Source: Octopus bimaculoides (lineage: Eukaryota). Taken from it: a stretch of 64,000 bases of DNA. The notes under the pieces are model-generated. The model did no database searches. It was given only the letters and a program-made list of their open reading frames with translations, and had not been told where the DNA came from. Shown piece by piece: positions 25,234 through 37,604 of this stretch (its first letter is position 1; every line of letters begins with the position of its first letter). The stretch covers positions 27,175,161 through 27,239,160 of the forward strand of contig NC_068996.1 in NCBI RefSeq assembly GCF_001194135.2, read 5' to 3'. The position numbers and the translations under genes are program-made.

Positions 25234-25635
25234 TGCAGGCATGGCTGTGTGATAAGAAGTTTGCTAACCAACTACATGGTTCTGCATTCAGTTCCACTGT
25301 GTGGCAGCTTGGACAAATGTTTTCTATTATAGCCTCAGGCTACCAAAGCCTTGTGAGTGAATTTGGTTGATGGAAACTGAAAGAAGCCCATCACACATAT
25401 ATATATATATATCTGTGTATGTGTCTTTGTATCTGTGTTTATTCCCCAACCACTACTTGACAACTGGTATTGGTGTGTGAATATTCCCATAAATTAGCAG
25501 TTCAGTAATGGAATCTGATAGAATAAGTACCAAACTTTATAAAATAAATACTGGGATTAATTTATTCAACTAAATTTCTTCAAGGTGGTGCACTAGCATC
25601 GCCGCAGTCTAATGACTGAACCAAGAAAAAGATTT
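25234..25635 (+). mobile_element. SINE family A
   Basis: Family A head, core and tail. Confidence 0.85.
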
Positions 25636-26995
25636 TTAAAAAAAAAATCAGATGAATATACATGTATTTAACCTTAGAGGTTATTCTGTCAAGGCTAGAC
25701 CAAAGCTATCATCAATTTAACTAAGAGGGAGAGAGAGTGAGAAAGAGTGTACCAAATAACACAGATTACTATGACTACCATTGATTGCTTAGATAGTTCC
25801 ATAAGCAGAAGCAGTATTACTATTGTTTAAATAACCAAAAGTTGACTCATAGTCCTTAATTGACTAAAATTTCCAATTGGTTAAAGTTTCTCTATAGTCA
25901 AAATTTCTAACTGGCTAAAATTAAATGCATGATAGCTGTTGAATGGAGTCTATATATATATATATATATATATCTTTGGAGTAGTGTTAAGCATAGCACT
26001 GTTTTTTCTGAAGCAATTTCTAGTCTTGAACTTCCTTGAACCAGTTTACTTCACAGAGTATCCAATATATTGTGTTAAAAATAATAAAGATTTTAATCCA
26101 AGGTTAAAACTGAAGTGCAGGTGTGAAGGTAGTCATACGAATCAGAAAGGGGGTCTACACCTTACCTGAAGACAAACAGAAAAGTATTCCTAATTAAACA
26201 CATCATCATTTTAATGCCTGCTTTTTTATGCTTGTGTAGGTCAGATGGACTTCAATGAGGTGAATTTTCTATGGTTGAATGGCTTTCTTGTTGTCAACCA
26301 TCACTTACTTCCAAGTTGATATTTCCCCTTGGCCAGACGAGTAAGATTGGAAAAGAATAACACCACTTGTATGACAGTGATATGCATTTAACTTTCATTT
26401 GATGTCAAAATGGAGAGGCACAAATGCACACACACATGCAATGGGCTTCTTTCAGTTTCCATCTACTGAATCCCACAAGGCTTTGGTCAACATGGGCATC
26501 TACCAGAAGACACTTGCCATACAGTGGGACTGAACCTGAAACCACATGGTTGGAAAGCAAAATTCTCAATCACACTGCCATGCATGAAATTAGACATGCA
26601 AAGGATGAATTTATTAGCCTGAGAAACTTTTTAAACCAATATTTCTCATATGACTGAGCTGTATAAATTAAAGGTAGGGTGGAGGGCAACAAACTTCCAT
26701 ATTTTGGACTTTTTAAACTCTATTTTTGAGAAAATGAACCTGTACAAAGTATTATGTGAATGCAAACTCTATTTTGTCTTCTCGTTATTAAAGAGAAAAG
26801 GACCAAAAAATTTCTGTAGTATTTATGTGTGGGAGATGGGTGTTATTTGTCAATATGAGAACTACTGTGCTGGCTGTCTTAAATTGCCTTCTTTAGCTTT
26901 ATACAAATATCTCCATTTACTGACTTCTCATTGCCAACTATCTTAATTCTCTTTCCAACCATTTTGCTGACCATATTAATTCTCTTTCATTGCAG

Positions 26996-27119
26996 GTGCT
27001 GGTTTAGCAGGTTATATTCTTGGCAAATTATCTTATCAAAATGAATGTAGGAAAAAAATTTTATCTCTCCCGAACAGCAAGCTTGCTGAAACTCTTCGAC
27101 AACGTTTCTCAGGAGGCAG
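26996..27119 (+). CDS. OCIAD1: OCIAD1 coding exon 5 (G-AGLAGYILGKLSYQNECRKKILSLPNSKLAETLRQRFSGG)
   Basis: Acceptor ttcattgcag|, donor CAG|gtaatt; 124 nt, phase 1-2; end of the OCIA domain. Confidence 0.93.
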
Positions 27120-27448
27120 GTAATTTTCTCTTTCTCCTTAAATAATTGCTTCGTTTTTTAAAAATTACTTTTCTTGATTATTCTAGTTCATTTCCCCTTT
27201 TTCCCTCCTCCCCAGTAATTAAAATACAGTTCAGTATTGATTACCTGAAGGGTTGAAGACATAGCAGCAGAAAGAACCAACAGCTATCACCTATAAATGT
27301 GTATGGCTTGGTAACATGTGCTATGCTTTCACTAATTGTTTTAGGTGGGTTTGGTAGTTGGAAACCAGGATGTTAAATCAAAAGAAAAAAAACAAAGCAA
27401 AGAGAATCCAAGAAGACTAGTAGGGGTCCACTTCAACAAGAATTATTT

Positions 27449-27676
27449 TTAACCCTTTAGCATTCAGATTATTCTGTCAAATGTAATGCTTATTTATTCA
27501 CATTATTTTGTATTAATCATGTATTATCTCATCGTCTTGAGATTTTGATAATGTGATTGTTTATTTTTAGAATGACATTGTAGAGTAGGTATGAGAGGTT
27601 AGGTCTTACCAGTTTGAACATAAAACAGATAGAATATTTGGGCTTGATATGGACGGTTTAAATGATGAACAGTTAA
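27449..27676. mobile_element. piggyBac-type MITE with TTAA at both ends
   Basis: TTAA|CCCTTTAGCATT ... ATGATGAACAG|TTAA (right TIR degenerate). Confidence 0.75.
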
Positions 27677-28260
27677 TGGCAAAAATAACTGTAAAAGTTA
27701 AGCAAATATACTGTTGGGAGTAGAGTAATGGACATGTTAGACAAAATCCATCTTAAAGATTAAGATGAAAGGGTGTTTTTTTAAAAAAGTGATAAAGACA
27801 GAAGTGTGTTTAAGCTCCCTCTATCAGAGCTGCTGGAAGCAAATGATAGAGAATGCAAAACAATATAAGAGTGCATATAGAGAGAAGTAGTAGGAGACAA
27901 AACTTGGTGAGAGAGGGTGGAGAAAGAGAAAGAAAAGCTGGGGGTTGAAAGGGAAATGAGAATAAGAGGAAAGCTAAAGGATAAAACAGGAATTACTGTA
28001 TTGGGGGTGGTACTATATACGAGTTCTAGTGCTACATTTAGGATAGATATATTATAATGTACTGACCTCATTACATATGATATTGTTAGAAGGTGAGGAG
28101 GGGTTTGGCAGGGGGATTGTTTTCTTATTTTTTTCCCTTGTGTACTTCAAAGTAGTAAAGGTGAATGAATATAAAAAAAAATACAGAAGAGGAAAGACTT
28201 CAAAAAAATATGACTAAATTAGGGGAAAGAGAATAAAAAAAAAAGTTGTGAATATATAGG

Positions 28261-28870
28261 TGCAGGAGTGGCTGTGTGGTAAGTAGTTTGCTTACCAACC
28301 ACATAGTTCCGGGTTCAGTCCCACTGCGTGGCACCTTGGGCAAGTGTCTTCTACTATAGCCTCGGGCCAACCAAAGCCTTGCGAGTGGATTTGGTAGACA
28401 GAAACTGAAAGAAGCCTGTCGTATATATGTATATATATATACATGTATGTGTGTGTATATGTTTGTGTGTCTGTGTTTGTCCCCCAACATCGCTTGACAA
28501 CCGATGCTGGTGTNNNNNNNNNNTGCGTGGCACCTTGGGCAAGTGTCTTCTACTATAGCCTCGGGCCAACCAAAGCCTTGCGAGTGGATTTGGTAGACAG
28601 AAACTGAAAGAAGCCTGTCGTATATATGTATATATATATACATGTATGTGTGTGTATATGTTTGTGTGTCTGTGTTTGTCCCCCAACATCGCTTGACAAC
28701 CGATGCTGGTGTGTTTACGTCCCCGTAACTTAGCAGTTCGGCAAAAGAGACCGACAGAATAAGTATTAGGCTTACAAAGAATAAGTTCTGGGGTTGATCT
28801 GCTCGACTAAAGGTGGTGCTCCAGCATGGCTGCAGTCAAATGACTGAAACAAGTAAAGGAGTAAAAGAGT
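28261..28870 (+). mobile_element. SINE family A, with ~190 bp duplicated across a 10-N gap
   Basis: 28325-28513 is repeated identically after the gap at 28514-28523. Confidence 0.88.
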
Positions 28871-29621
28871 ATATGTTGCTTCTTACACTTCCTTAAGTAT
28901 GTGATTCTATAATGAGTATGTCTGTATCTCTCTCTCTCTCTCTCTCTCTCTCTTGATGTGTCTTATTCTCTATCATTATTCCAATGTGCCAGAAAGGGAA
29001 AGGAAAAGAAAGAGAAAAAAGAAACAGATAGTTTTATGTCATAAGTTTCACAGACATATCACCTCTATCTCCACTCTCACTCTATTCACCCCTATATCTA
29101 TTTTTCTATCTATCTACCTTTCTTGTGTGTCTCTTACTCTGTCTCTTTCACTTTCACCATTCCAGAAAGATTGATACAACTACTATTTCGACATTCTAAT
29201 CTTTCTATACCACCTATATAGTTTGTATAAAGTAGGGTATTGAGATAATGTTCCTCTCTTTCTACACTGCCTATATATATTTCTGTACAGTAGGGTATGG
29301 TTTGAAAGAGACTTGGTAAATATTTCCCAAAATAAACAGTTTTCCTATGAAGTGGCAAGTGATATAGGTATCACTTCCCATCAGCACTCAAAGGGAGATA
29401 AATCTGTCAAATGATGACCAAACTTCACACCCTCATTTCACAATATTCACAATACAAACATAATACTACCTCTAATCTATTGAGCCCCATTATCATTAAA
29501 AATTTTAGTGTGGATTGCACAGTTGTGACACAATCTCAATAAAATTAGTAGTTCACCTTTTTGTCTTATAGTTTAATAAACTATACCAACATGGCATCAA
29601 GTACTCTCATGTCTGATATGA

Positions 29622-29674
<53 letters not shown>

Positions 29675-31156
29675 GCAATCACACATATGCACTGTGTGTG
29701 TGTATGTGTGTATTATTTATTTCAGTCAAATGAATTAACCTCAGTTTTTATTTTTTTAGCCTAGTTCTTATTTTACTAGTACCTTTTGACAAAAAAAATG
29801 TTACAGGGATTCAAACACACCAACACCAGTTGTCAAGTGATGATGGTGGNNNNNNNNNNNNNNNNNNNNNNNNNNNNNNNNNNNNNNNNNNNNNNNNNNN
29901 NNNNNNNNNNNNNNNNNNNNNNNNNNNNNNNNNNNNNNNNNNNNNNNNNNNNNNNNNNNNNNNNNNNNNNNNNNNNNNNNNNNNNNNNNNNNNNNNNNNN
30001 NNNNNNNNNNNNNNNNNNNNNNNNNNNNNNNNNNNNNNNNNNNNNNNNNNNNNNNNNNNNNNNNNNNNNNNNNNNNNNNNNNNNNNNNNNNNNNNNNNNN
30101 NNNNNNNNNNNNNNNNNNNATTGTCATCATCATCATTTAACGTCCATGTTTCGTGCTGGCGTGGGTTAGACATTGTGCTCCAATGTCTACTTTGGCATTG
30201 TTTCCACAGCTTTACACTGTTCCTAATGCCAACCACTTTACACATGTACTTGGTGTCTTGTCTTTTTTTTTTTTTTTTCATGCCATCAGCACTAATGAGA
30301 TTGGCATGCAGCTTGCAAGACTACAAACCCAAAGAAGGAAAACTTTATGCTAGGAGACAAAGGGTTAAAGTAAGAAGTGGGGTGGGGAATGAAATCCAAA
30401 TTAACCTGGCATATGATTTGCATACTGCTATAGGTCCCACTTTTTCAAGGGCTTCCAAGATATTAATTTTGGTTCGGTGGTTCTGCTCATGTTTTATTGC
30501 AGTAGTACTTACTTCAGTTCTTACCGTATTCATTTTTTTATGCACAGCAAGCTTGTTAATGTTTTGCTCATACTCAAAATACTTTAACTATTAAAGTTCT
30601 GTCCCACAGATATTCTCACCTTCTCCCAAGTCACAATTCAAATAGTATTGTTAAGGGTAGCAGTCTTCTCTATGAAAAACAAAGTTTAGCCTCATTTTAG
30701 AAAGAAATTCCTGTTGAAAGACTTTCTTTTTTTCATCATGTGTGTTATTTTTGTCTTCATAATTTTCAAGCATACTGATTATTAATATCTCAGGTGTTGA
30801 ATTATAATTCACTAATATTATATACTTATGATTAATTTATTATTATTATTTATTTATTAATAATCTAATTAGTAAATTAATACCTAGGAATCGATATCCT
30901 GTAAATAGATATGGAAACACGTATGTGTTACCAGCTTAGCTGTATTCAGCCTACTTTGGCAGGTGAAAGGACATGACAATACATAAAATCACCATGATCA
31001 CAATGTGTGTTTGTACTCTTTCTATCACTGCTTTGTGCACCTTCTCACAAAATTGTTCTGATCTGGCGGTCACTATTATTGACTATCATCAATATTGACT
31101 GATTTACAATCAAGAAAGCTTTACTTTCTGATCAGCTTAGGCTGGCGTCTTGATAT

Positions 31157-31199
31157 CTGATGCTGAAGAGAACTCGTGAGTTCAAAATACCACCATCAG
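31157..31199 (+). ncRNA. Degenerate hammerhead-like motif
   Basis: CTGATG-CTGAAGA-GAACT(CGTG)AGTTC-AAAA-TACCAC-CATCAG: 6-bp stem I and 5-bp stem II are perfect, but G12 and the cleavage triplet are lost. Confidence 0.45.
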
Positions 31200-33012
31200 T
31201 GAATAGAGGGTGCTCTGAGCTGACTATAGTGTTTTGACAGCTTTTATCTTAAATGATAATTTTTTCTCCCCAACAAATTGCAATAAAAATTCTTTGTAAG
31301 TTCAAATATCTCTCAAGTTTAATTAAACTGGTCTTATTTTACTGATATCTATTTGTATTCTTTCCATTACTGGTTTGGACATCTCACAGAATTATTTATA
31401 AATCTGCCAAGAACTGCACAGATTGGTGCTGATATAGCAACCATGTTGATAATATCACTAACATTGTGTACATTGAAGATATCCAGTGTTAAAACCTTCT
31501 TGATTTTCTTCTCATCTAGCTATTTAATTCACTTAAAGTTTTAATACTTATTTAATTTTATCTTTAATTCAAATCATTAACCTTCATCATCTTCATCATC
31601 AACAATTATGACAGCTACTGCCTACAAAAGCAAGAGTTGTGTATCAGAGAAGATTTAGTTCTTTAAATAACAATGTTATGTGAGAAGAAATTTGCTTAAC
31701 ATGTTACAAATGCATTAGAAAGCTAAAGATTTGTGTTTTTAGTTTTGCTTTAAAATGAAATCAGAATTTATAGGGGTAGGGTCCAGTCATTTAAATTCAC
31801 CACAGACTAGTTCTTTGGATAAAAGCATTGTAAAGGTTGTTAATGCCCAGACATACACACACACACACACACAATGGGCTTCTTTCAGTTTCCATCTATC
31901 AAAACTAATCACAATGTACATTATTTATATTTGACGGATATTTGTCCTCATCTTGTTTGTTGTTAACACAATGTTTCAGTTGATATACCCTCCAGCCTTC
32001 ATCAGGTGTCTTGGGGAAATTTCGAACCTGGGTTCTCATTCCTGAGGTATTTTTCGATGTTGTTGTTGTTGTTCTTCTTCTTCTTCTTCTTCTTCTTCTT
32101 ATTATTATTATTATTCAGGTCACTGCCTGGAATCGAACTCGGAATCTTGGGGTTAGTAACCTACACTCTTAACCATTATGCCATATGCCTATGGGCAATT
32201 ATGAAGTGAATTTTAGGGCTTATAAATCTAATATTTTCCTATCCTTAATACCGGTTCCTATATGCTGCTCATATCTGCACTCGGTCTTCTTAGGAGGTTG
32301 CTGCGTCCTAGCATATGTGCTGCTTCTTTTAGTTTTCGTATTTTCCAGTGGTATTCTCTGTCTATTATTTTAACTTCACCCCACAGGTGGAGGTGGTCTC
32401 CATTTTGCCATACATGATCCGCTATACCCGATTTATCAATATCTCCCCGTGTCACAGCTTTGCAATCTTCATCTACTCTTATTTTGAGGGGGCGACATGT
32501 TTCGCCTTTGTATAACCTACCACAGCTACATGGGATGGAGTACATGCAGTCTTTGGTCATATTCTCTTCTATTGGTGGTTTTTCTCGGAGGAGATATTTG
32601 CAAAGTGTTGTATTACTCTTGAACACTGTCCTGATGTCATATGGGCTGCATATCTTTTGTATCTTTTTGGGGAGAGACCTTTCACATAGGGTAGACAGAT
32701 TGTGGACAGTTTATTAGTCTCATCCTCTCCGTTCTTCATAATTGGAGTGGATAGTACATTTTTGGGGTAGTTGTTGCTTAACAGATTGTTATTGAGCTTG
32801 ATCATTTCTTCGTGGTGTCTATCACCTTCGCTACTTGTATTATTTGCATGATGTTTTAGGCACTGAGCAATCCCTTTCTTTACACTGTATGGATGGTAGG
32901 AATTGAAGCTGAGGTATCATCCAGTGAAGGTCGGCTTGTGGTATATGGATATCCTAAATCTATACTTGGTGCATGTTAATAACACGCCATCAATTCCCAC
33001 CTTCTATATAGT

Positions 33013-33666
33013 GTGAAGAGAGGGATTGCTCAGTGCCTAAAACATCAAGCAAAGAATATAAGTAGCAATCATGATACCCACCATGAAGAAATGATCAAGC
33101 TCAGTAACAATCTATTAAGCAACAACTACCCCCAAAACATACTATCCACTCCAATTATGAAGAAAAGAGAAGATGACACCAATAAACTGTCCACAATCTG
33201 TCTACCCTATGTGAAAGGCCTCTCTGAAAAGATACAAAAGATATGCGGCCCATATGACATCAGGACAGTATTCAAGAGTAATACAACACTTCGCAAATAT
33301 CTCCTTCGAGTAAAACCACCAATAGAAAAGAATATGACCAAAGACTGCCTGTATTCCATCCCATGCAGCTGTGGTAAGTTATACAAAGGCAAAACATGCC
33401 GCCCCCTCAAAATAAGAGTAGAGGAACATTGCAAAGCTGTGACACGAGGAGATATTGATAAATTAGGTATAGCTGATCATGTATGGAAAAATGGAGACCA
33501 CCTCTCACTGTGGGATGAAGTTAAAATAATAGACAGAGAACACCACTGGAAAATACGAAAACTAAAAGAAGCAGCACATATGCTAGAACACAACAACCTC
33601 ATAAGCAGACCGAGTGCAGATATGAGTAGCATATGGGAACCAGTATTAAGGATAGGAAAATATTAG
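33013..33666 (+). pseudogene. PLE RT C-terminus plus GIY-YIG endonuclease, 217-aa open stretch
   Basis: LPYVKGLSEKI, then CLYSIPCSCGKLYKGKTCRPLKIRVEEH (GIY-YIG with CxC) and IADHVW; RT core absent. The minus-arm copy (32258-32988) is frameshifted. Confidence 0.88.
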
Positions 33667-33703
33667 ATTTATAAGCCCTAAAATTCACTTCATAATTGCC
33701 CTT

Positions 33704-33776
33704 GGGCATATGGCATAATGGTTAAGAGCACGGGCTACTAACCCCAAGATTCCGAGTTCGATTCCAGGCAGTGACC
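33704..33776 (+). other. tRNA-Arg-like Pol III module inside the PLE 3' region (mirror copy at 32118-32190, minus)
   Basis: A box TGGCATAATGG, B box GTTCGATTCC, resembles tRNA-Arg(ACG) in CTAC..A.C..AAGATTCC..GTTCGA; stems do not fold as a functional tRNA; followed by (AAT)n. Confidence 0.75.
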
Positions 33777-33856
33777 TGAATAATAATAATAATAATGATA
33801 ATAATAACATTGAAAAATACCTTAGGAATGATAACCCAGGTTCAAAATTTCCCCAA

Positions 33857-33902
33857 GATACCTGATGAAGGATGGAGGGTATATCAGCTGAAACATTGTG
33901 TT
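33857..33902 (+). ncRNA. PLE-type minimal hammerhead motif, probably inactive (mirror copy at 31965-32010, minus)
   Basis: GATAC/GACAC-CTGATGA-A-GG(A/C)TG...CA(G/A)CT-GAAA-CATT-GTGTT; stem I pairs, but GAAACATT lacks the palindromic ACGT stem III. Confidence 0.55.
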
Positions 33903-34166
33903 AACAACAAACAAGATGAGGACAAATATCTGTCAAATGTAAATAATGTACATAATTCCTCATCTCTTAAATATAGAACTGTATAATCACGTTTTGGCTA
34001 GCCCAGAGCTTTAATAGGGGTCATTTGCCCAAGATGCCATGCAATGGAACAGAATCCAAAACCATGTGGTTAGGAAGCAAATTTCTTACTACATGTGCTC
34101 TTAGATCCTGAAAGCAATTATGATTTGATTAAATAACTAGGTTTTAGGTTAGATAAAGATATGGTA

Positions 34167-34853
34167 CGAGATCTGATCAACATGTATCTAGATTGGTGCT
34201 ATAAAAACAAAACTACAACACATACCAATTTGGCATTTAATCTTTCAGCATAGTCCCCTTCGGAAGCCACACACACAATCCAGCGCTGTTTCCATTGATG
34301 GAAGCATTCCTGGAACTCATTTTCTGGGATAATCAACAGCTGCCTCGTGGCATTCACTTTGATTTCCTCGACATCTTGAAATCTTCTTTCCTTCAAGCGG
34401 GATTTGATTTAAGGTACCACACAGTGGGACTAAACCCAGAACCATGAGGCTGAGAAGCAAGCTTATTACCACACAGCCACTTTTGTGATGTTTTTCTCAG
34501 TTCTGCTGGTTGCTGGTCTCCCAGCAAGTTCATCACTATCAACATTTTTTCGCCCATCCTGGAAACATCTGAACCACTTATACCCTTGTGTGTGGCTCAT
34601 ACACTCCTCGTGATACACTTTCTGCAACTTTGCATAGGCCTCTGAACAGGTATTGCCAAGCTTTTGGCAAAATTTGGTGAAGATTCTCTGCTCAACTTTC
34701 TCTGTCGTTGTAAACAGCAGAAGTAAGCTAGGCTTACAACTTAGGCCACATACACAGCAGAGTTCACGGTCAATCTGTGCCAAGTGGCTTCACTCTGTGT
34801 GCTTTAGCTTTGTTACTATGACAACAGTCTGGATACTTATTGATCAGACCACA
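34167..34853 (-). mobile_element. Internally deleted mariner (Tc1/mariner) element with both TIRs and TA TSD
   Basis: TA|CGAGATCTGATCAA...TTGATCAGACCACA|TA. N-terminal HTH remnant EQRIFTKFCQKLG...YKWFRCFQDGR and C-terminal KERRFQDVEEIK...FHQWKQRW; SINE A fragment at ~34415-34480. Confidence 0.88.
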
Positions 34854-35337
34854 TATGTCTAAGTTTTATTTTGATTTCAAAACCTTTGAAGTTTGACTCA
34901 GTTGATATAAATATTTTGTAAATTGCCACCCTGTTTTTGTTTATCATTGTAAAGTTTATTTTATGTCTGCTAACATAACACAGTCTCTGATGTTTGTGAT
35001 GATACCACAGACTGTGAGATGACCTGTAGAATGGACAGACAGATAGAAATATTTGGTGTCTAGTTTGATTTTTGACGAGGTTGTTATCCATCACTACACT
35101 GCTGGTAAAAATGTTAATCACGTACATACCTTCATAAATTGTTCAAAGTGAAAGTGTTTGTTTTAAAGTCTGTGTTGTGTTCTATGTTGAAAGACATACA
35201 GAAAGACACTCTAACAACCAAATCAAAATAACTCAGATTGGAGCCTGGTGTAGCCATCTGGTTTCACCAGTCCTCAGTCAAATCGTCCAACCCATGCTAG
35301 CATGGAAAGCGGACGTTAAACAATGACGATGGTGATG

Positions 35338-35378
<41 letters not shown>

Positions 35379-35635
35379 TAATATTTTTATAAACAAACCC
35401 GAAAGGAAAGGCTTTGCAAGTTACAGAGAGAAAGCTACTATTATTATAGTACCATGACAGTTTAAGTATATATTAACTNNNNNNNNNNNNNNNNNNNNNN
35501 NNNNNNNNNNNNNNNNNNNNNNNNNNNNNNNNNNNNNNNNNNNNNNNNNNNNNNNNNNNNNNNNNNNNNNNNNNNNNNNNNNNNNNNNNNNNNNNNNNNN
35601 NNNNNNNNNNNNNNNNNNNNNNNNNNNNNNNNNNN

Positions 35636-35689
<54 letters not shown>

Positions 35690-37604
35690 ACATATAGTCA
35701 TTTTTTTGAAGTCTGTGTTGTGTTGTGTTGACAGATTTGCACTTAACATTCCAACATTTTTAATCAAAACTTGTTAGTTACTAAGGTGACAACACTACCA
35801 ATTTATCTGTCTTCCACACACACACACACACTCTCTCTCTCTCTCTCTCTCTCACTGTATTTATCTCAGCAACAACCATTTCTCCTCCCCTTCTTCCCAC
35901 TCTACACTGATGTTGTTATAGACAGAGATCAGCTTCTCTTTTATAATATAAGATTTCAAGAAAATCTCACTGACCAGAGACTAGGACTCAGCTATGCTCT
36001 TTTGCATAATGGCCTGAGAGTCATGTGTGAGTGGACGCTAGGTAACATCTGTATAGCTTTTTACTGAATGAGGCCTTTCATTTCATCATATTGAGGAAAT
36101 TTGTGTCTCCACATTGTGAAGATTACTTGGTGTTGTTAGAATTATTAACCAGGATTTTCGTTTGTCTGCCAGAACTTATAGAAATGTATACAAATATATA
36201 TCATACCTATCTAAAACAATATGTGATGGGTTCAGCAATCTTACTGGATCCAATGTTTTGGATCATATCTGTGAAATGAAAATATAATCCATGTATTGTT
36301 CCATTTCTTTGGATTCTACTCCAATACATCAAATGAGAATCAATTAACTTTGACTTTGTTCTATGTTTTGTCGTCAGGGTCTACCAAACAATTTATGAAG
36401 ATTTGGGTATATAGAAAGTTCCTACACTTGCTACCTCTTCTCTCTTTTCCCCTATCTCCCATCCACACTTCTAGCACCTCTGTCTCCTCTCACTTCTATT
36501 TACTCTGTGCCTTAAGAAGCCACCTGGATACTTTTTCACCAATTTATCTCTTTGCAGCTTCTACTAATCATTCTCACCCTCTATTCTAAATGTGAGTTGC
36601 CATATTACTTCTCTACAAGAAACCTGCTCTACCCACTTTTCTCATACTTTAACCATACAACTCCTCACAAAAAGTGTCCCCATCCCTTAGAGTTCAGTCT
36701 TGTGAGCTGCATGGTAACCTCATTTGTGCTGTTGGTACAGAAAAAGCACTAGTACATGCTGTAAAATGGTTGGCATTAGAAAAGGCATCTGGCCATAGAA
36801 ATACTAAAGGATTAAATATCGTCAAATCATTTCTCAAAGATCTGGAAATCATCTTGGTAAAAAAATTTTTACTTTTTAAATTTTTACTCATTTCAATCAT
36901 TAGACTATAGTGGTGCTGCGCTCCTATCTTGAAGGTTTTGGTTGAACAACTTGACCCAAGTACTTATTTTATTTTTAAGTCTGGTACTGTCATTCTCTAT
37001 TGCTTAACTGGTAAGTATATTGGTACCAGACAAGACCTTGTAGCTTTACTGTTTTATCATTCAATAACTGACAATTCTTTGGTGTATTGTTTTCAATATG
37101 TAGAAAATACCTTGCATCTCCCTGTATTATTCATGGTTATCAACTGCAATGAAAAATCCCATTTTTTAAATTGATCATTGAGTCAAAACAGTCTCACTGT
37201 AATGAGCATTGAACAAGAACTTCTGTGTATGAATTGGACATTCAATATCAACAGATTTCATTGTCATCATTATCATTTTTTAAAGACCGCATTTTCAGAC
37301 AGGCTTCTTTCAGTTTCTGTTTACCAAATTCATTCACAAATCTTTAGTTGGCTCAGGGCTTTAGTAGAAGATACTTCCTCAAGGTACTGCACAGTGGGAC
37401 TGAACCCAAGACTATAAGCTTCTCAACCACCACAACAATTCCTTCCAGTTGGGGCATGTGTCTTTTACAATAGCTTTGCTTAACTCAAGCTTTGTGCATG
37501 AAACTGAGTAGAAAGGAACTATGTGGAAGCATAATAATACAAAGAATATGTATGCATGTATACCCACATATATGTACATACTTACATCTACATGTGTATA
37601 TAGA

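Larger units (their letters stand above)
31913..33983. mobile_element. Palindromic Penelope-like element (two head-to-head 3' halves), 2071 bp, 7-bp TSD
   Basis: Left arm is minus strand (31913-32988), right arm plus strand (32989-33983), roughly 90% identical by spot check; TAATCAC at 31906-31912 and 33984-33990; inserted into a family A SINE. Confidence 0.9.

Noticed and set aside
33704-33776. tRNA-like sequences here and at SINE heads as true tRNA genes
   Set aside because: A and B boxes are present, but the acceptor, T and anticodon stems do not pair, and each is attached to a repeat body.
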